The notes: a model not told the origin generated them from the letters alone. DNA of 64,000 bases from an uncultured Chloroflexia bacterium (GCA_963762985.1 CAVXMK010000010.1:460909-524908), one strand, 5' to 3'; shown: positions 48,912 through 61,471, numbered from the stretch's first letter. Made by a program: numbers and translations.

Positions 48912-49909
48912 TGCTGCCTTCGCCGCGCGAGTTGATCGACAGTGACCGCAAGAATGACGAGGATGCCGGTAACCAGGATTTGATACACGGAATCGACCCC
49001 GATGAGCTGGAGGCCGTTGCGAAAAACGCCGACGATCAGCACGCCCACGAGAGTCCCCAGAATGCTGCCGCGGCCACCAAAGAGACTCGTCCCGCCCAGC
49101 ACCACTGCGGTGATGCTGGCCAAGTTGTCCACCTGACCCTCATTGGGGTTTCCCACGTTCGTCCGACCAACGAGGACGAGTGCGGCGATACCATAGAAGA
49201 GTCCGGCCACGGTGTATATGCCGAGCAAGAGCCGCTGGGCATCGATGCCGCTCAGTCGGGCGGCTTCGGGATTGTTCCCGACGGCGTACACGTGGCGGCC
49301 GACGGCCGTAAAGCGCAGCACATACCAGGTGAATAGATAAAGCATGAACATCAACATGGTCGCATAGGGGATGGTGGTCTCCCCAATCACGAACCGGTTG
49401 CCAAGGAACGTGACCGTCTCGGGAACATTTGTCACCGTCTGGTTCTGGGAATAGATGTGCGTGAGGGCGAAGGCAATATTCAGCGTACCCAACGTCACGA
49501 TGAAGGGAGGCAACTGGATGCGCGTGATGAGTCCGCCGTTGAGCGCGCCAAAGGCGGCACACACGCCGACGCCAAGAATGATCGCCACATAGGGGTTGAC
49601 GCCATTGACCACCGCGAGCTTGGTCATGACGATCGAACCGAGGGCCATGACGGCGCCGCACGAAAGGTCGATCCCAGCCGTGAGGATCACCAACGTCTGA
49701 CCAATGGCCAGGATGCCCACGACCATCGACTGCTGAACGACCAGCGAGAGGTTCTGGCCGGTCAGGAACCGGTCGGTTTGGGTCGCGAAGTAGGCGCAGG
49801 CCAGCACGAGCGCGATGAACGGCCCCAGGCTCGCCAGTGGCGCCAAGAGTCCACGAAGCCCGGTATCCAGCCGAGCCGAGGGCTGCTCGACCGTAACGGT
49901 ATCGCCCAT
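48908..49909 (-). CDS. Sugar ABC transporter permease (RbsC/monosaccharide type)
   Basis: 333 aa, multi-pass. GIDLSCGAVMAL, VGRHVYAVGNNPEAARLSGI and VVLGGTSLFGGRGS motifs. Confidence 0.88.
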   Translation of the reverse strand: MGDTVTVEQPSARLDTGLRGLLAPLASLGPFIALVLACAYFATQTDRFLTGQNLSLVVQQSMVVGILAIGQTLVILTAGIDLSCGAVMALGSIVMTKLAVVNGVNPYVAIILGVGVCAAFGALNGGLITRIQLPPFIVTLGTLNIAFALTHIYSQNQTVTNVPETVTFLGNRFVIGETTIPYATMLMFMLYLFTWYVLRFTAVGRHVYAVGNNPEAARLSGIDAQRLLLGIYTVAGLFYGIAALVLVGRTNVGNPNEGQVDNLASITAVVLGGTSLFGGRGSILGTLVGVLIVGVFRNGLQLIGVDSVYQILVTGILVILAVTVDQLARRRQQ

Positions 49910-49928
49910 AGCGAATCCCTGGCAACGG

Positions 49929-49969
49929 GACCGCTACGGATCCGACATCGCGCCGGGTCCGTAGCGGTC
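49929..49969 (-). other. Intercistronic stem-loop between the binding-protein and permease genes (12-bp perfect stem)
   Basis: GACCGCTACGGA (49929-49940) pairs with TCCGTAGCGGTC (49958-49969). Confidence 0.5.
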
Positions 49970-49988
49970 GCGGTTGCCTACGTAGCGA

Positions 49989-51058
49989 CTAGCCCCAGCA
50001 GTTCTCGAGCCCGAACGTCGTGTCCTCGGACTCGACGCCCTCGACCGGGTTGTCGGTGATCAGCGTGACTCCGGTGTCCGTGTAGCCGGACGGGGCCTCG
50101 CCCGTCTGCACGAAATTGACGACCGCATCGACGCCCATCTGCGCCATCTTCAGCGGGTACTGCTGCGACGTCGCGGCGATCTTGCCCGCCTGGACGTCCT
50201 CGACGCCGGTGCAGCCGCCATCGACCGAGACGATCATGACCTCGTCCTGCCGGCCCGCGTTTTCCAGCGCGGTGTAGACGCCGCGCGCGGTCGGCTCGTT
50301 GATCGTGTACACGAGGTTGATGTCCGGATTGGCCTGCAGGCAGTTCTCCATCGCGGTCAGACTCAGCGCCTCGTCGCCGTCGGCATCCTGGCTGCAGACT
50401 ACTCGCGCATCCTCGGCAAACTGGCTCATGTCCGCGACCGGGGTCGCGCCGCCCTTCTTCCGCCGCGCCGAAACCGGCGAGGAAACCATTGTGGCGAAGG
50501 ACGCTGACCGAAACGCCGGTCGAGCCGTCGATGGTGGCGATGATCGGCTCGGTGTCGCCCATCGTCGCCTTGGCATACTGGCCGATCAGAAAGCCAGCCT
50601 GGAAGTTGTCGGTCGCGAACAGCGCGTCCGTCGCCTCCATCGGCTCGGTCGGCGTGTCGAGCGCGATCACGAGCACGCCCTGCTCCCGCGCCGCCTCGAT
50701 CGCCGGCACGATCCCCGCGGTGTCGCCAGGGGTGATCAGAATCCCCTGCGCGCCGGCCGTGACCATGTTCTCGATGGCGGTCGTTTGGCCCGCGTTGTCG
50801 GCATCGAACGCGCCGGCGGCCGTCAGCAGCTCCGCGCCCGCCGCGTCGGCGGCGGCCTGCGCGCCCTCCTTCATCTTGACGAAAAAGGGATTGGTTTCCG
50901 TCTTGGTGATCAGCCCGACGATGATCTCTTCGTCCTGGGCCTCCGCCGGCTGCAGGGAGGTGAATCAGCGGAAACGCTGTCACCAACAGCGCCAGCGCCA
51001 GGACGGCGCGGAAAATGCCGGCGTTGCGTGGCCGGCGGGATCCGAAGCGGCTGCGCAT
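49989..51058 (-). pseudogene. Periplasmic-type sugar-binding protein (RbsB-like) of the ABC transporter, two +1 frameshifts (~50945, ~50461)
   Basis: MRSRFGSRRPRNAGIFRAVLALALLVTAFPLIHLPAAG (signal, frame of ORF 50426-51316). Then EAQDEEIIVGLITKTETNPFFVKMKEGAQAAA...LRHNGFLAGFGAA (ORF 49978-50874). Then KKGGATPVADMSQFAED...VSVDGG...ATSQQYPLKMAQMGVD...ENCWG* (ORF 49989-50576). Confidence 0.85.
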
Positions 51059-51183
51059 CGTTCTTCCCCTTTGCATTCGAACCCTCGCTCCGGCCGGTCG
51101 CCGAAACGATCTCTCTGGGTGGACCGCGCGATCATAAAGTCCCGGCCTACGGCGGTCAACACCCAACGCACTGAATGGAGCGA

Positions 51184-52359
51184 TCAGGACGCCGCCGGTG
51201 CTCCGAGGAACTTGTCGAGCGCTTCCACGAAGAAATACTCGCCCCACATCACGCTTTCGTCGACCCCGAGGTCCATGCGCTCGTGGTAGCTGCCGTGCTT
51301 GAGGATCCCTTCCCACCCCGGCGTCTCCACCGCGAGGAAGGCCGGCGTCAGGAGTGTGTCCAGAATCGTCCGCGCATACGACTCGTACGCCACGGCACGC
51401 TCCGGATCGCGCGTCAGGGTCGCGAGCTGGAACATTCCGCTGGCGGCGATCGCCGCGGCGGAGCTTTCGTACGGGAGGCGCGGCGACGGTTCCTCCCAGT
51501 CATTCGGCGGCACGCCGTGGCTGGGAGTGCGCGCGATGTAAAAATCGGCGCAGCGTTCGGCCGCGTCGAGCAACCGCTCGTCGCCCGAAAAGCGGTACGC
51601 GGTGCCGAACCCGTACAGCGCCCACGTCTGCCCCCGCGCCCAGGACGAATCCGACCGCCAGCCCTGGTGCGTCGCCTGGCGCAGAAACTCTCCGGTTTGC
51701 TGATCGAATATCCCTTCATGGGCGCTGCTGCCGTCGCCCCGCACCAGGTAGCGCCGCGTCGTCAGGCAGTGCTCGCTGCGCCTTGCGCAGCAAATTCGTC
51801 GTCGCCAGTTTCGTTAGCGGCGTAGAAGATGATCCCTACGTTCATCATGATGTCGATGAAGCAGCTATCCGCGGCAACGAAGGAGCGCAGGTACTTGCCC
51901 TCCTCGTTGAAGCGCAATCCCATGGTGCGCCCGGCCTGGATCACCCGCGCCTGGATTTCCGGGTCGCCGGTGAGATCGAACCATCGCTTCCAGGTTGACC
52001 AGAACACGAACCCCAGATCGTGCACCTCGGTGTCGTACTGCCGCTCCTCGATGAGCCGGGAATAGTGCTCGGCCCGCTCACGCCAGAACGGATCGCCACT
52101 TCGCCGGGCGAAGATCCACATCATCCCGCCGAGAAACCCCTCGCACCAGTTCGTCCACGCCTCACGTCCGTGCTGCCACCTGCCCCTCTTCCGTGTAGAG
52201 CGGGAAGAAGTCCGGATAGCGGGTGATGAGGGCGCGAACCTGCTCTTGGGCAAACTCCAGCGCCTGCTCGGCGCGGACCTCGAGCGCGGCTTTGGGGTCG
52301 AACTCGTCAACTGTCGGGTCCTCCCATCCTTCAGAACCACGCCCCCACAGCCGTGTCAT
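51184..52359 (-). pseudogene. Glycoside hydrolase family 88 (unsaturated glucuronyl hydrolase-like), frameshifts +1 ~52183 and -1 ~51775
   Basis: MTRLWGRG...RYPDFFPLYTEEG (ORF 52162-52359). Then RWQHGREAWTNWCEGFLGGMMWIF...FIDIMMNVGIIFYAANETGDDEF (ORF 51762-52340). Then HCLTTRRYLVRGDGSSAHEGIFD...SWARGQTWALYGF...PPNDWEEP...MWGEYFFVEAL (ORF 51184-51744). Confidence 0.82.
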
Positions 52360-52386
52360 GCTGAACGGAGTGAAGCATCTCGGCCC
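52352..52386. repeat. REP type 2 unit CGTGTCATGCTGAACGGAGTGAAGCATCTCGGCCC overlapping the GH88 start codon
   Basis: Same family as 18903-18937. The GH88 ATG (52357-52359) lies inside the GTGTCATG box. Confidence 0.6.
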
Positions 52387-52461
52387 AGGGAAGCGTCGTC
52401 CGCCCGCGCCGAGAGCCTTCGCCTTCGCCTTCAGAATGGCACGCCGTGTGAGGCGCCGGAA

Positions 52462-53246
52462 TCACCGCCCGCGAAACCGCGGCGCCCGCTTCTCCCGAAA
52501 AGACGCGATCCCTTCCCGGCCATCCTCCGTGCTCGCGGCCAACGCGCCAGCGATCCCCTCCAGGGCCGCCGCGTCGCCGTCGATCGCGGCCTTGGCCAAT
52601 TGCACCGAAACCGGCGCGTTGGCCGCGATCTCCAGCGCCAGCTTCCCGAGCCCGGCTCATCAGCCCGTCTCCCGGCACAACCTCGTTCACTATCCCCCAG
52701 CGCTCTGCCGTGAACGGCATCGATACGCGTCCCGGAAAAGATCATCTGCTTGGCGCGGGCAGCGCCGATCGCCTCAGGCAGCCGCGTGGTTCCCGCCCAC
52801 CCGGGCAGCGTGCCGATCTTCGTCTCCGGCATCGCGAAACTCGCCGCCTCGGCGGCGATCCGGATATCCGCCGCCAGCGCCAGCTCCAGCCCACCGCCGA
52901 AGGCGAAGCCATTGACCGCCGCGATCGTCGGCTGCCGCAGATTCGCCAGACGCTGCAACACGCGATGCCCCTCACGAATCCAGCGCCGCCACATGTCGAG
53001 CGGCTCCAGCGCGGCCCAGGCATTGACGTCGGCGCCGACGCAGAAAGCCCGCTCTCCCGTTCCGGTGAGGATGACCACGCGCACGTCGTAATCGCGGTCG
53101 ATCGCCGCGATGTGGCGCTCCAGATCGGCGAGCATCTCCGGTCCGAGCGCGTTCAGTTTCGCGGCCCGGTCCAGGGTCAGTGTCGCAATCGACTCCTGGA
53201 TCGGAGAGCGTGACGCGACCTTCCGCGGGAGATTCCGGTCTGTCAT
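52462..53246 (-). pseudogene. Enoyl-CoA hydratase/isomerase (crotonase) family protein, two +1 frameshifts (~52715, ~52642)
   Basis: MTDRNLP...IATLTLDRAAKLNAL...VVILTGTGERAFCVGADV...AAVNGFAFGGGLELALAADIRIA...ETKIGTLPGWAGT...MIFSGTRIDA. Then FTAERWGIVNEVVPGDGLMSRARE. Then LALEIAANAPVSVQLAKAAID...GREGIASFREKRAPRFRGR*, across three frames. The ATG overlaps the GMC gene stop (ATGA at 53243-53246). Confidence 0.82.
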
Positions 53247-55518
53247 CGTTCCTCGCCCGATTGCAGGCGCTCGACCAGCCCGTGCGCGGCCCGGAGCGAA
53301 AGCGCCCACAGGGTCAGGGTCGGATTGACCCCGGCGCAGGTGGGAAACACCGCGCCGGAAAAGACATAGAGCCCGGGCGTGTCGTGGACCCGCAAGGTGC
53401 GGTCGACAACACTCCCGGCCGGATCATCGCCCATGCGGCAACCGCCGAGATCGTGCGAGCTGCCGGCGCCGGTGAACCGCGGGCCGCGCCAGGTCTTGCT
53501 GGCGCCCATGGCCCGCAGGATTTCCTCGCACTTCCCTTCGAAGAATTCCGCCTGGCGCTCCTCGTTGGGGTGCAGATCGTACGTCACGCGCACGACCGGC
53601 ATGCCTAGACCGCTACGGTCCCGGTACTGAGGATCGATGTCGAGGAAGTTGTCCTCGTAGGAAAGCGCCTCCGGTTGCATGCGCACCACACCCCAGTGCT
53701 GCCACTGGCGCAGGTGGTCCTTGTAGCCCTGCCCCCAGCGGGGCACATCCGGCGGCAGCGTCTCCCGGCTGATCTGGATCGGCAGGAACTGGTTCTCCGC
53801 GCCGAGCGTGGACCCACCAAGAAACCCGTGGGCCCCGCAATCGAACGACGCGTCGAGATAATCGTCCAGCACCACCGCCTGCGCCGCGGGACCGGTGTGC
53901 CGGTTGAACACCACATCCGGGAAGTACCCATCGACGTGCGGGAACATCTTGCTCATGAAGTGCTTCCCCAGTTGCCCGGTCGCATTGCCGAGCCCATCCG
54001 GATGCCGGTCGTCACCCGACAGAAAGAGGAGCCGCACGTTCTCGAAGGTGTACGCCGCCAGGATCACCGTGTCCGCCCGCTGCACCCGCGGCCGTCCCAA
54101 CGCGTCGAGATACTCCACGCCCCGCGCCCGGCCATCGGCGTCGGTGACGATGCGGGTCACCCGGCAGTTGGTGCGCAGATCGAAATTACCGGTGGCCAGC
54201 GCCTCCCGCACGCTGGTCAGACCCGGGTGCCACTTGTCCCCCGTCCACGAGCCGAACCCGTTGTTCCAGGCGGTGTAGGTCATCTCCGGAAGACCGTTGT
54301 AAGCCCGCGTCGTCATCCCGATCGGGGACGCGTGCGGATGGAGCCCCATGCTCCGCGTCGCCTCGGTGAACAACTCGCCCATCCGGAACGGACGCGTCGG
54401 TGGCAGGGGATACGGCTCATCATGAGGCAGGAAGGCGTCGTCCTCGTCGCCACCGATCCCGACGATCCGCTCGACCTTGTCGAACCAGGGTCGCAGTTCG
54501 TCATAGGTCACGGGCCAGTCGGCGACGGTACACCCCTCGGGGATCGCCCGCGGCCCCCAGCACTCCAGCGCATGCGAGCGGAGCCGCAGGTTGTGAGCGG
54601 GGAACCGGCGCAGCCATGCTCCGTAGTGGATTACCGACCCCCCGACGCCGTTCATCATACGGCCGAGCGAAAAGGTCAGCTCATGCGTGGGTTCCGATGC
54701 GTTGCGCCGCCAGCGCGGCGTCTCCGCCTTGAACTTCGGGCCCATCTCGGCCCGGCAGTAGTACGTGGCGCCTAGCTCGTCCGGCCGAAAGTCCTGCAGC
54801 CGCCACCAGGGTCCCGCCTCCAGCCCGACGACCTTCAGCCCCGCCTTGGCCAGCACCGGCGCAATAAAGCCCCCGACCCCACCCACGCCAACCAGCACAA
54901 CGTCCGCATCCTCGGCCGGCGCTTCCGAGCCACGCTGCGGATCGAACCCGGGGATCGCTGACTCCGCCCCCACAGCCCGCAATGCAGATTCGACATCCGC
55001 CAGCGACTGGATACGGCCGCCTTTGGTCACCGGCTCGGCGGTGAGGTTCTCTTCCGCCGTGTTGTCGAGCCAGACTCCGGGATGACCCAGCACCCGCCAG
55101 CCCGACTTATCGCGATTGCCGCCGTAGGCAGGGTCGCCGAACAAGCCCTCCTGCAGATGGGCGCGGAGGAGGTCAAAAAACGGCCCTTGCTCGGGGACAT
55201 CCCACCCGATAATCGTTCCGCCTTCCAGGTCTCGCAGCAGCGCGTCCTGAATTTCGGTCCCCGCTTCGGCAAAGCCCTCCCCGAACCGGGTTTGGCTCGA
55301 CCGGTCCAGCATCGCGAGACCCTTGCCGGTACGTTCCAACCAGGCCGCGATAGGCGCCGGCGAGCGCCCGGTCGAGATAATTCACGGCCCCGATCTCCCT
55401 CGCGCCAGGACCAGACGCGTCGGCGGGGAAACATGCGATCGAACACCGCGCCCGCGACCAGCGCCTCGCGGGCGGTGAGAGCGAGCAACGCCTCAGACAC
55501 CTCCATCGTACCCGGCAT
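53243..55518 (-). pseudogene. GMC-family flavoprotein oxidoreductase fused in one reading frame to a gluconate 2-dehydrogenase subunit-3-like N-terminal domain; two +1 frameshifts in that domain (~55426, ~55338)
   Basis: GMC part: DADVVLVGVGGVGGFIAPVLAKAGLKVVGLEAGP ... SHDLGGCRMG ... VFPTCAGVNPTLT. The N-terminal domain is spread over three frames: MEVSEALLALTAREALVAGAVFDRMFP / ADASGPGAREIGAVNYLDRALAGAYRGLV / ERTGKGLAMLDRSSQTRFGEGFAE...LFGDPAYGGNRDKSGWRVLGHPG. No stop codon separates the two parts. Confidence 0.78.
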
Positions 55519-57149
55519 TTCCCCTGACTAGACCAACGAGTTGCTGTGAGCCAGCGCTTCTCGCTGGGCGCAGTCGAAGTCCCATCGGTTCGGGCCTGAA
55601 GATCCGCTCATCCATGGTCCGCAATTCGGGGCTGACACGGAGGGGAATCTCAACGCGGTCCAGGACGTCCCGCTCCAGATCAACTCCGGGCGCGACCTCG
55701 GTGACCGTCAGCCCATGCTCCAGAAGTCGCATCACGCACCGCTCGGTCACGAAGGTCGACGTCCTGACCCCGCTCCCGCGCCATCCTGCCGCTGAACGTG
55801 ACGTGCTCGACCTCGGGGACGAACTTGGCCACCTTTCCGTCTTCGACGATCCGCAAGGAGCCATCGTCAGATCTCGATACTCTGCCGCCCCGCGGAAAAG
55901 GCGCCGCTGAAGACGAGATGCCTGGCGCGGGCCGTGATGTCGATGAAGCCCGCCCGCCCCGGCCGTGACGTGCGGCTTGCCCCGCAGCCGCGAGACGTTG
56001 ACGTTGCCCGCCGCATCGACCTGGAGAAACGAGAGCAGGCAGCGATCGAAACCCCCGCCCTGAAAATAGGTGAACTGCGCGGGCGACGCCACGATCGCCT
56101 GGGCATTGGCGGCGCACCCGAACTGGAACGCGAGCAGCGGCATGCCGCCCACCGCGCCCTGCTCGATCGACCCACGTCACCCGGCCATCGAGTCCTTCTT
56201 CGAGCAGGATGCGCGGCGCCAGCGCGGAAATGCCGAAACCGAGATTGACCACCTCGCCATCGATCAGCTCCATCGCCGCGCGGCGGGCGATAACCTTCTC
56301 CAGACCCCATTCGGGCGTCTCGAACTGGTCCCCGGGCCGCCGCACCTCGCCGCTGATCGCCGGGTCGTAGGCGGTCTGGGTCGTCTGTCGCTGCTCCGGC
56401 GCAACGACCACCCAGTCGACCAGCGTGCTCGGGATATGGACACGTTGCGGCAGGATCGACCCCGCCGTCGTCAGCCGTTCGACCTGGGCGATGACAATCC
56501 CGCCGTTGTTTCGCGCCGCCAACGCCTGATCGAGTCCACCCAGATAGGCGCCTTCGTGCTCCATCGAGATGTTGCCCAGTTCGTCGGCGGTGGTGCCCCG
56601 CACAATGGCCACGTCAATAGGGATTGCCCGATAGTAGAGCCATTCCTCGCCATCGAATTCGACGACGCGCACGATGTCTTCGCCGGTCGCCCGGTTCATG
56701 CGCCCACCCTGCCGCCGCGGATCGACGAACGTATCGAGTCCGACCTTCGTCAGCACTCCCGGCCGCCCCGCGGCGGCATCCGCGTGCATGTGGAACAGCA
56801 CCCCACTCGGCAGGTTGTAGGCCTCGATCTCATCGCCATCGATCATCTGCCAGATCTTCGGCGACGGCATCCCCGACGGACCGCTGGGATAACTGCCGGC
56901 CACGATCCGCTTGACCAGTCCCGGCTCGGCGATGTGGTCGATCCCATCGATGCCGTACATGTCCCCGGCCGCGATCGGGTGAATCATCGTCAGTCCCCGC
57001 GGCTCCCCGGCTTCCCGAAACCGTTCGCCGATGGCGCGCAGCATCGCGTCCGGGCACCCCAGCCCGGACGACGAGCTTACCGACACGGTCGCGCCGTTCG
57101 GAATCCGTGCCGCCGCCTCTTCGAGCGAGATCCACTTCGATTGCGTCAC
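55493..57149 (-). pseudogene. Acyl-CoA:acetate/3-ketoacid CoA-transferase (COG4670-type, fused alpha/beta), at least four +1 frameshifts (~56171, ~55950, ~55872, ~55758)
   Basis: WISLEEAAARIPNGATVSVSSSSGLGCPDAMLRAIGERF...LTMIHPIAAGD... up to EEGLDGRVTW. Then SIEQGAVGGMPLLAFQFGCAANAQAIV...TAGAGG. Then FIDITARARHLVFSGAFSAG.... Then SDDGSLRIVEDGKVAKFVPEVEHVTFSGRMARERGQDV. Then TFVTERCVMRLLEHGLTVTEVAPGVDLERDVL...MDERIFRPEPMGL. The start (GTG ~57149 or TTG 57218) and exact stop (55493 or TAG at 55528) are uncertain. Confidence 0.8.
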
Positions 57150-57222
57150 CGCACCCGTCCTCGAATTCACGTCGCGCGGCACCCGCCGGAAGCCTCCAAT
57201 GAGCGCGGACGTTCTCAACTAT

Positions 57223-57313
57223 CGTGTCATTCCGAGGAACGAGGAATCTCTGCGTTCCATAGACAGTACGTGCCCTGAGCCCGAGTTGCTTCGTTCCGTA
57301 CAGCATGACACGC
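57223..57313. repeat. Inverted pair of REP type 2 units (CGTGTCATTCCGAGGAACGAGGAATCTC ... GTACAGCATGACACG)
   Basis: The right unit is the reverse complement form CGTGTCATGCTGTACGGAACGAAGCAAC. The pair lies between the Gfo/Idh/MocA and CoA-transferase genes. Confidence 0.6.
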
Positions 57314-57335
57314 TTTGCGGTGGCGCCTTACCCAG

Positions 57336-58366
<1,031 letters not shown>

Positions 58367-58376
58367 TCAACTCGAC

Positions 58377-59603
58377 TCACTGATAAATGATCACATCCGG
58401 CGACGGCACCAGCGCCAGAATCTCCCGCGCCGCCATGACCGGCACATCCTGCCTGATAGAAAAGCTTGACCCCGGCAAACTCCACCGGTTCGTCACGCAC
58501 CAGGAAGTTGTACACCGCCGTTTTCAGCTCCGGCGCACCATACCCGTCGGCGTCGATCACGAGTTGCACTCCTGGATAGGGCACCAAGCTGCTCTTTGTT
58601 GGTAATCATGTCCTCGCGGAACTGATGCACTACGAGCAATTTGGGCGGAATCCCGTGCGTCGCCGAGATCTCCGCCAGCACCTGCTGTGCGTAGGTAATG
58701 CTCTCTGCCGTCACGGACCCAATGTACTCGCCCGGGATTTGCCCCTCCGCGACGGCGAACTCCGGATCGATGGCCAGATGCACGTGGGGGAAAGCCAGCA
58801 AATCGCGCACTTTTTCGATCTCGCTCGCCACCGTTCCCCGCCCGAGCTGAAGATCGAGGATGACCAAATGCCCGTTAGCCGCGGCGTAGTCGATGTAGGT
58901 CGTCAGCGTCTCCCGCGAGGTGTCGAGGATGTAGGTACCGTCGAACGCCGGGGTCCCGCTGGGCCACCGTGGCGATGAGCTCGAACGCCGGCACCACCGG
59001 CCGCGAGGGATCGGCCGCCGCATAGTTCGCGGCTTCTATCTCCAGCAACGCCGCCACCTCGTCGATGGCGAGCTCCCCGACGATCCCCATCGCCGGATCG
59101 TGCGGGTGCCCGTAGTAGCTCACGATCCGGTACTCCGGCAGAAGCGGGCCATCCGGCGGAGACGCCAACGGAGCCGTCGCCGGCGCCATGGCCAACTCCG
59201 GCGGTTGCGCGAGCTGAGGAGGAGGAGCCGCGGCGAACCCGTCACCGTCCACGTCAGACGCGGCTTCCACCGCGGCGACCGATGCCGTCGGCGCCGAGGT
59301 CGGCTCGGCGGGTGCCGCCATCGTCGGTTCAATGAGCACTGCTGGCGGCACATTGGTCCGAGACTGGGTCGGTACGCCGCTGGGAACCGAACCACTGCCC
59401 AGGAGCGTGGCCAACGCCACCGCAAGCGAAACGACCACCATGAACCCCGCGCTCATGGAGCGTTCGTCGGGCACCCAGGCCGGCAAGCGCAGGCGCAGCG
59501 GTTTTCGTGATGCCGGCGGCGGAGCATCAGCGGCAAGCCACTCCGACGAAAACGGCCGGGGCCCGTCCGGGCGCGAAGCGTGGGATGCCATCCGCCCTGG
59601 CAT
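58377..59603 (-). pseudogene. Membrane-anchored/secreted conserved protein of unknown function, three +1 frameshifts (~58954, ~58586, ~58452)
   Basis: TM segment MSAGFMVVVSLAVALATLLG, a Pro/Ala-rich linker, then YRIVSYYGHPHDPAMGIVGEL...PAFELIATVAQR / TPAFDGTYILDTSRETLTTYIDYAAANGHLVILDLQLGRG...HLAIDPEF...LLVVHQFREDMITNKEQL / VPYPGVQLVIDADGYGAPELKTAVYNFLV...GVKLFYQ / QDVPVMAAREILALVPSPDVIIYQ*, across four frames. Confidence 0.6.
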
Positions 59604-59884
59604 CAGTCAGGTACCGCGAGAGCAACCCGAACAGGTCGAATCACTCCATATTGACCGTTGCGGCTGGCGAGGTCAGCGCGCGATTGGGTCACCATCTCCT
59701 CCGCGTTTCTGGCCGGCGCAGTGGGGATCGTACCGCGTGCTCGGCCCCATCTGGCGAACGGTAACTCGTCAGGCGACTCTGCTGACCACTTCAGACGGAG
59801 GATGCCAGAATACGCAAGGCGAGGCAATCAAGCTCTCGGTTCGCTCGGATCACGCTCGGAAAGACACGAAAGCGTTTGATCGCG

Positions 59885-61291
59885 ATGGCAGCCAATAAAC
59901 TCTGGGACTACGAAAGAACCCTCGACGAACTGTGGCGACGATCGAGCTACGAACGTGGCCTGATCAGCGACCCTTTCGGCGATGCCCAGCGCGCCGAGCG
60001 TGGCCTCGCCCGCATGCGTTCTCTGCTTGCCCGACTAGGCAATCCCCAACTCCTCTATCCCACGGTCCACATCGCCGGTTCCAAAGGCAAAGGCTCAACC
60101 GGCGCCTTCATCGCCTCCGCCGCAACGGAAGCGGGGCAGCGCGTCGGGTTCTACACCTCGCCCCATCTGCACCGGTTCCCCGAGCGCATTGCCATTGATG
60201 GCCGCCCCCTGACGGACGAGGAATTCGCGGCCCAGGCCGAAACCGTCGCCCGCGCCGCCGCGGAGATCGACGCGGCCTCGCTTGACTCGGAGTCCGTGTC
60301 GACGTTCGAATTCGTCACCGCGATGGGCTTCGCCGCATTCGCCCGGCACGCGTGCGACCTCGCCGTAATCGAGGTCGGGCTGGGCGGGCGCTTCGATTCG
60401 ACAAACGTCCTGACGCCAACCGTCTCCGTGATCACCCGGATCGATTTGGAGCACACGGCAGTGCTCGGAACCACCTATGGCGAGATCGCTCGCCAGAAGT
60501 CCGGGATCATGCGCCCGGGCGTACCCTGCGTCTCGTCGCCGCAGCCGCCGGAAGCCCAGCAAGCCATCGACCGCACTGCCGCCGACTTGGGCACCCCCCT
60601 CTTCGTGGGAGACCGCGACTGGCGCTGGATCGGCTCCTGGCGCTCGTTCGCCGCGGTTGGCCCCTGGGGCGCCTGGGACGGTCTCGCGTCGGGCATCGCG
60701 GGTCCGCACCAGATGGAAAACGCCTGTACCGCGCTCGCCGCCCTGCATTTCCTCAACGCGGCAGGCATCGAGCTCCCCGAATCGGCGTGCCGTCGCGGTC
60801 TGGCCCAGGCGCACTGGCCCGGCCGCTTCGAACGATTGGCCGCCGGGGGCCGCGAAATCGTGCTCGATGCCGCGCACACCCCCGCCGCTGCTGCAGCGCT
60901 CGTCGAGACGTGGCGCGACGCGACGCTTCCCCCGAACGCGACGGTCATCCTCGGCATGGGCGCCGACAAGGATCCGCGTGCGTTCCTCGAAACCATCCGG
61001 CCCATCGTCGGCCACCTCATCGCCACGCGCGCAGATAGTCCACGCGCCGCGGCGCCCGAAACCATCGCGTCTATCGCCGCCGAGCTTGGCGTTCCGCACG
61101 AAACGCAACCGTCGGTTGCTGAAGCCCTTGCCGCTGCCGCAAGAACCAGCCCCGCTCCACTGCTGATTACCGGATCGCTCTTTGTCGCCGGAGAGGGCCG
61201 CGAGGTCCTCGGTCTGGCACAACCCGACCTGGTCTGGCGCGCCCTCAACGAAGCGCGTCTTTCGCCGCGAGCGACGCCTCGGCGCACCTGA
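59885..61291 (+). CDS. folC: Bifunctional folylpolyglutamate synthase / dihydrofolate synthase
   Basis: HIAGSKGKGST (P-loop), FYTSPHL, EVGLGGRFDSTNV and DAAHTPAAA motifs. The start is ATG 59885 or TTG 59876. Confidence 0.85.
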   Translation: MAANKLWDYERTLDELWRRSSYERGLISDPFGDAQRAERGLARMRSLLARLGNPQLLYPTVHIAGSKGKGSTGAFIASAATEAGQRVGFYTSPHLHRFPERIAIDGRPLTDEEFAAQAETVARAAAEIDAASLDSESVSTFEFVTAMGFAAFARHACDLAVIEVGLGGRFDSTNVLTPTVSVITRIDLEHTAVLGTTYGEIARQKSGIMRPGVPCVSSPQPPEAQQAIDRTAADLGTPLFVGDRDWRWIGSWRSFAAVGPWGAWDGLASGIAGPHQMENACTALAALHFLNAAGIELPESACRRGLAQAHWPGRFERLAAGGREIVLDAAHTPAAAAALVETWRDATLPPNATVILGMGADKDPRAFLETIRPIVGHLIATRADSPRAAAPETIASIAAELGVPHETQPSVAEALAAAARTSPAPLLITGSLFVAGEGREVLGLAQPDLVWRALNEARLSPRATPRRT

Positions 61292-61471
61292 AACCTGACC
61301 GTGTCTCCAAATGAGGCTACGGCGATACGGTAGACTGCCGCGCAGCGTCTCCCCGACCCGCAACTGACGCCGGCATCGAGGCGCCTCGCGCAGGCAGGCT
61401 GGATAGCCCCCTGTGGCGAGCTAGAGAAATCCAATTCCGCCGGTCGTGCCGTATATCCGGACGAGACCGGC

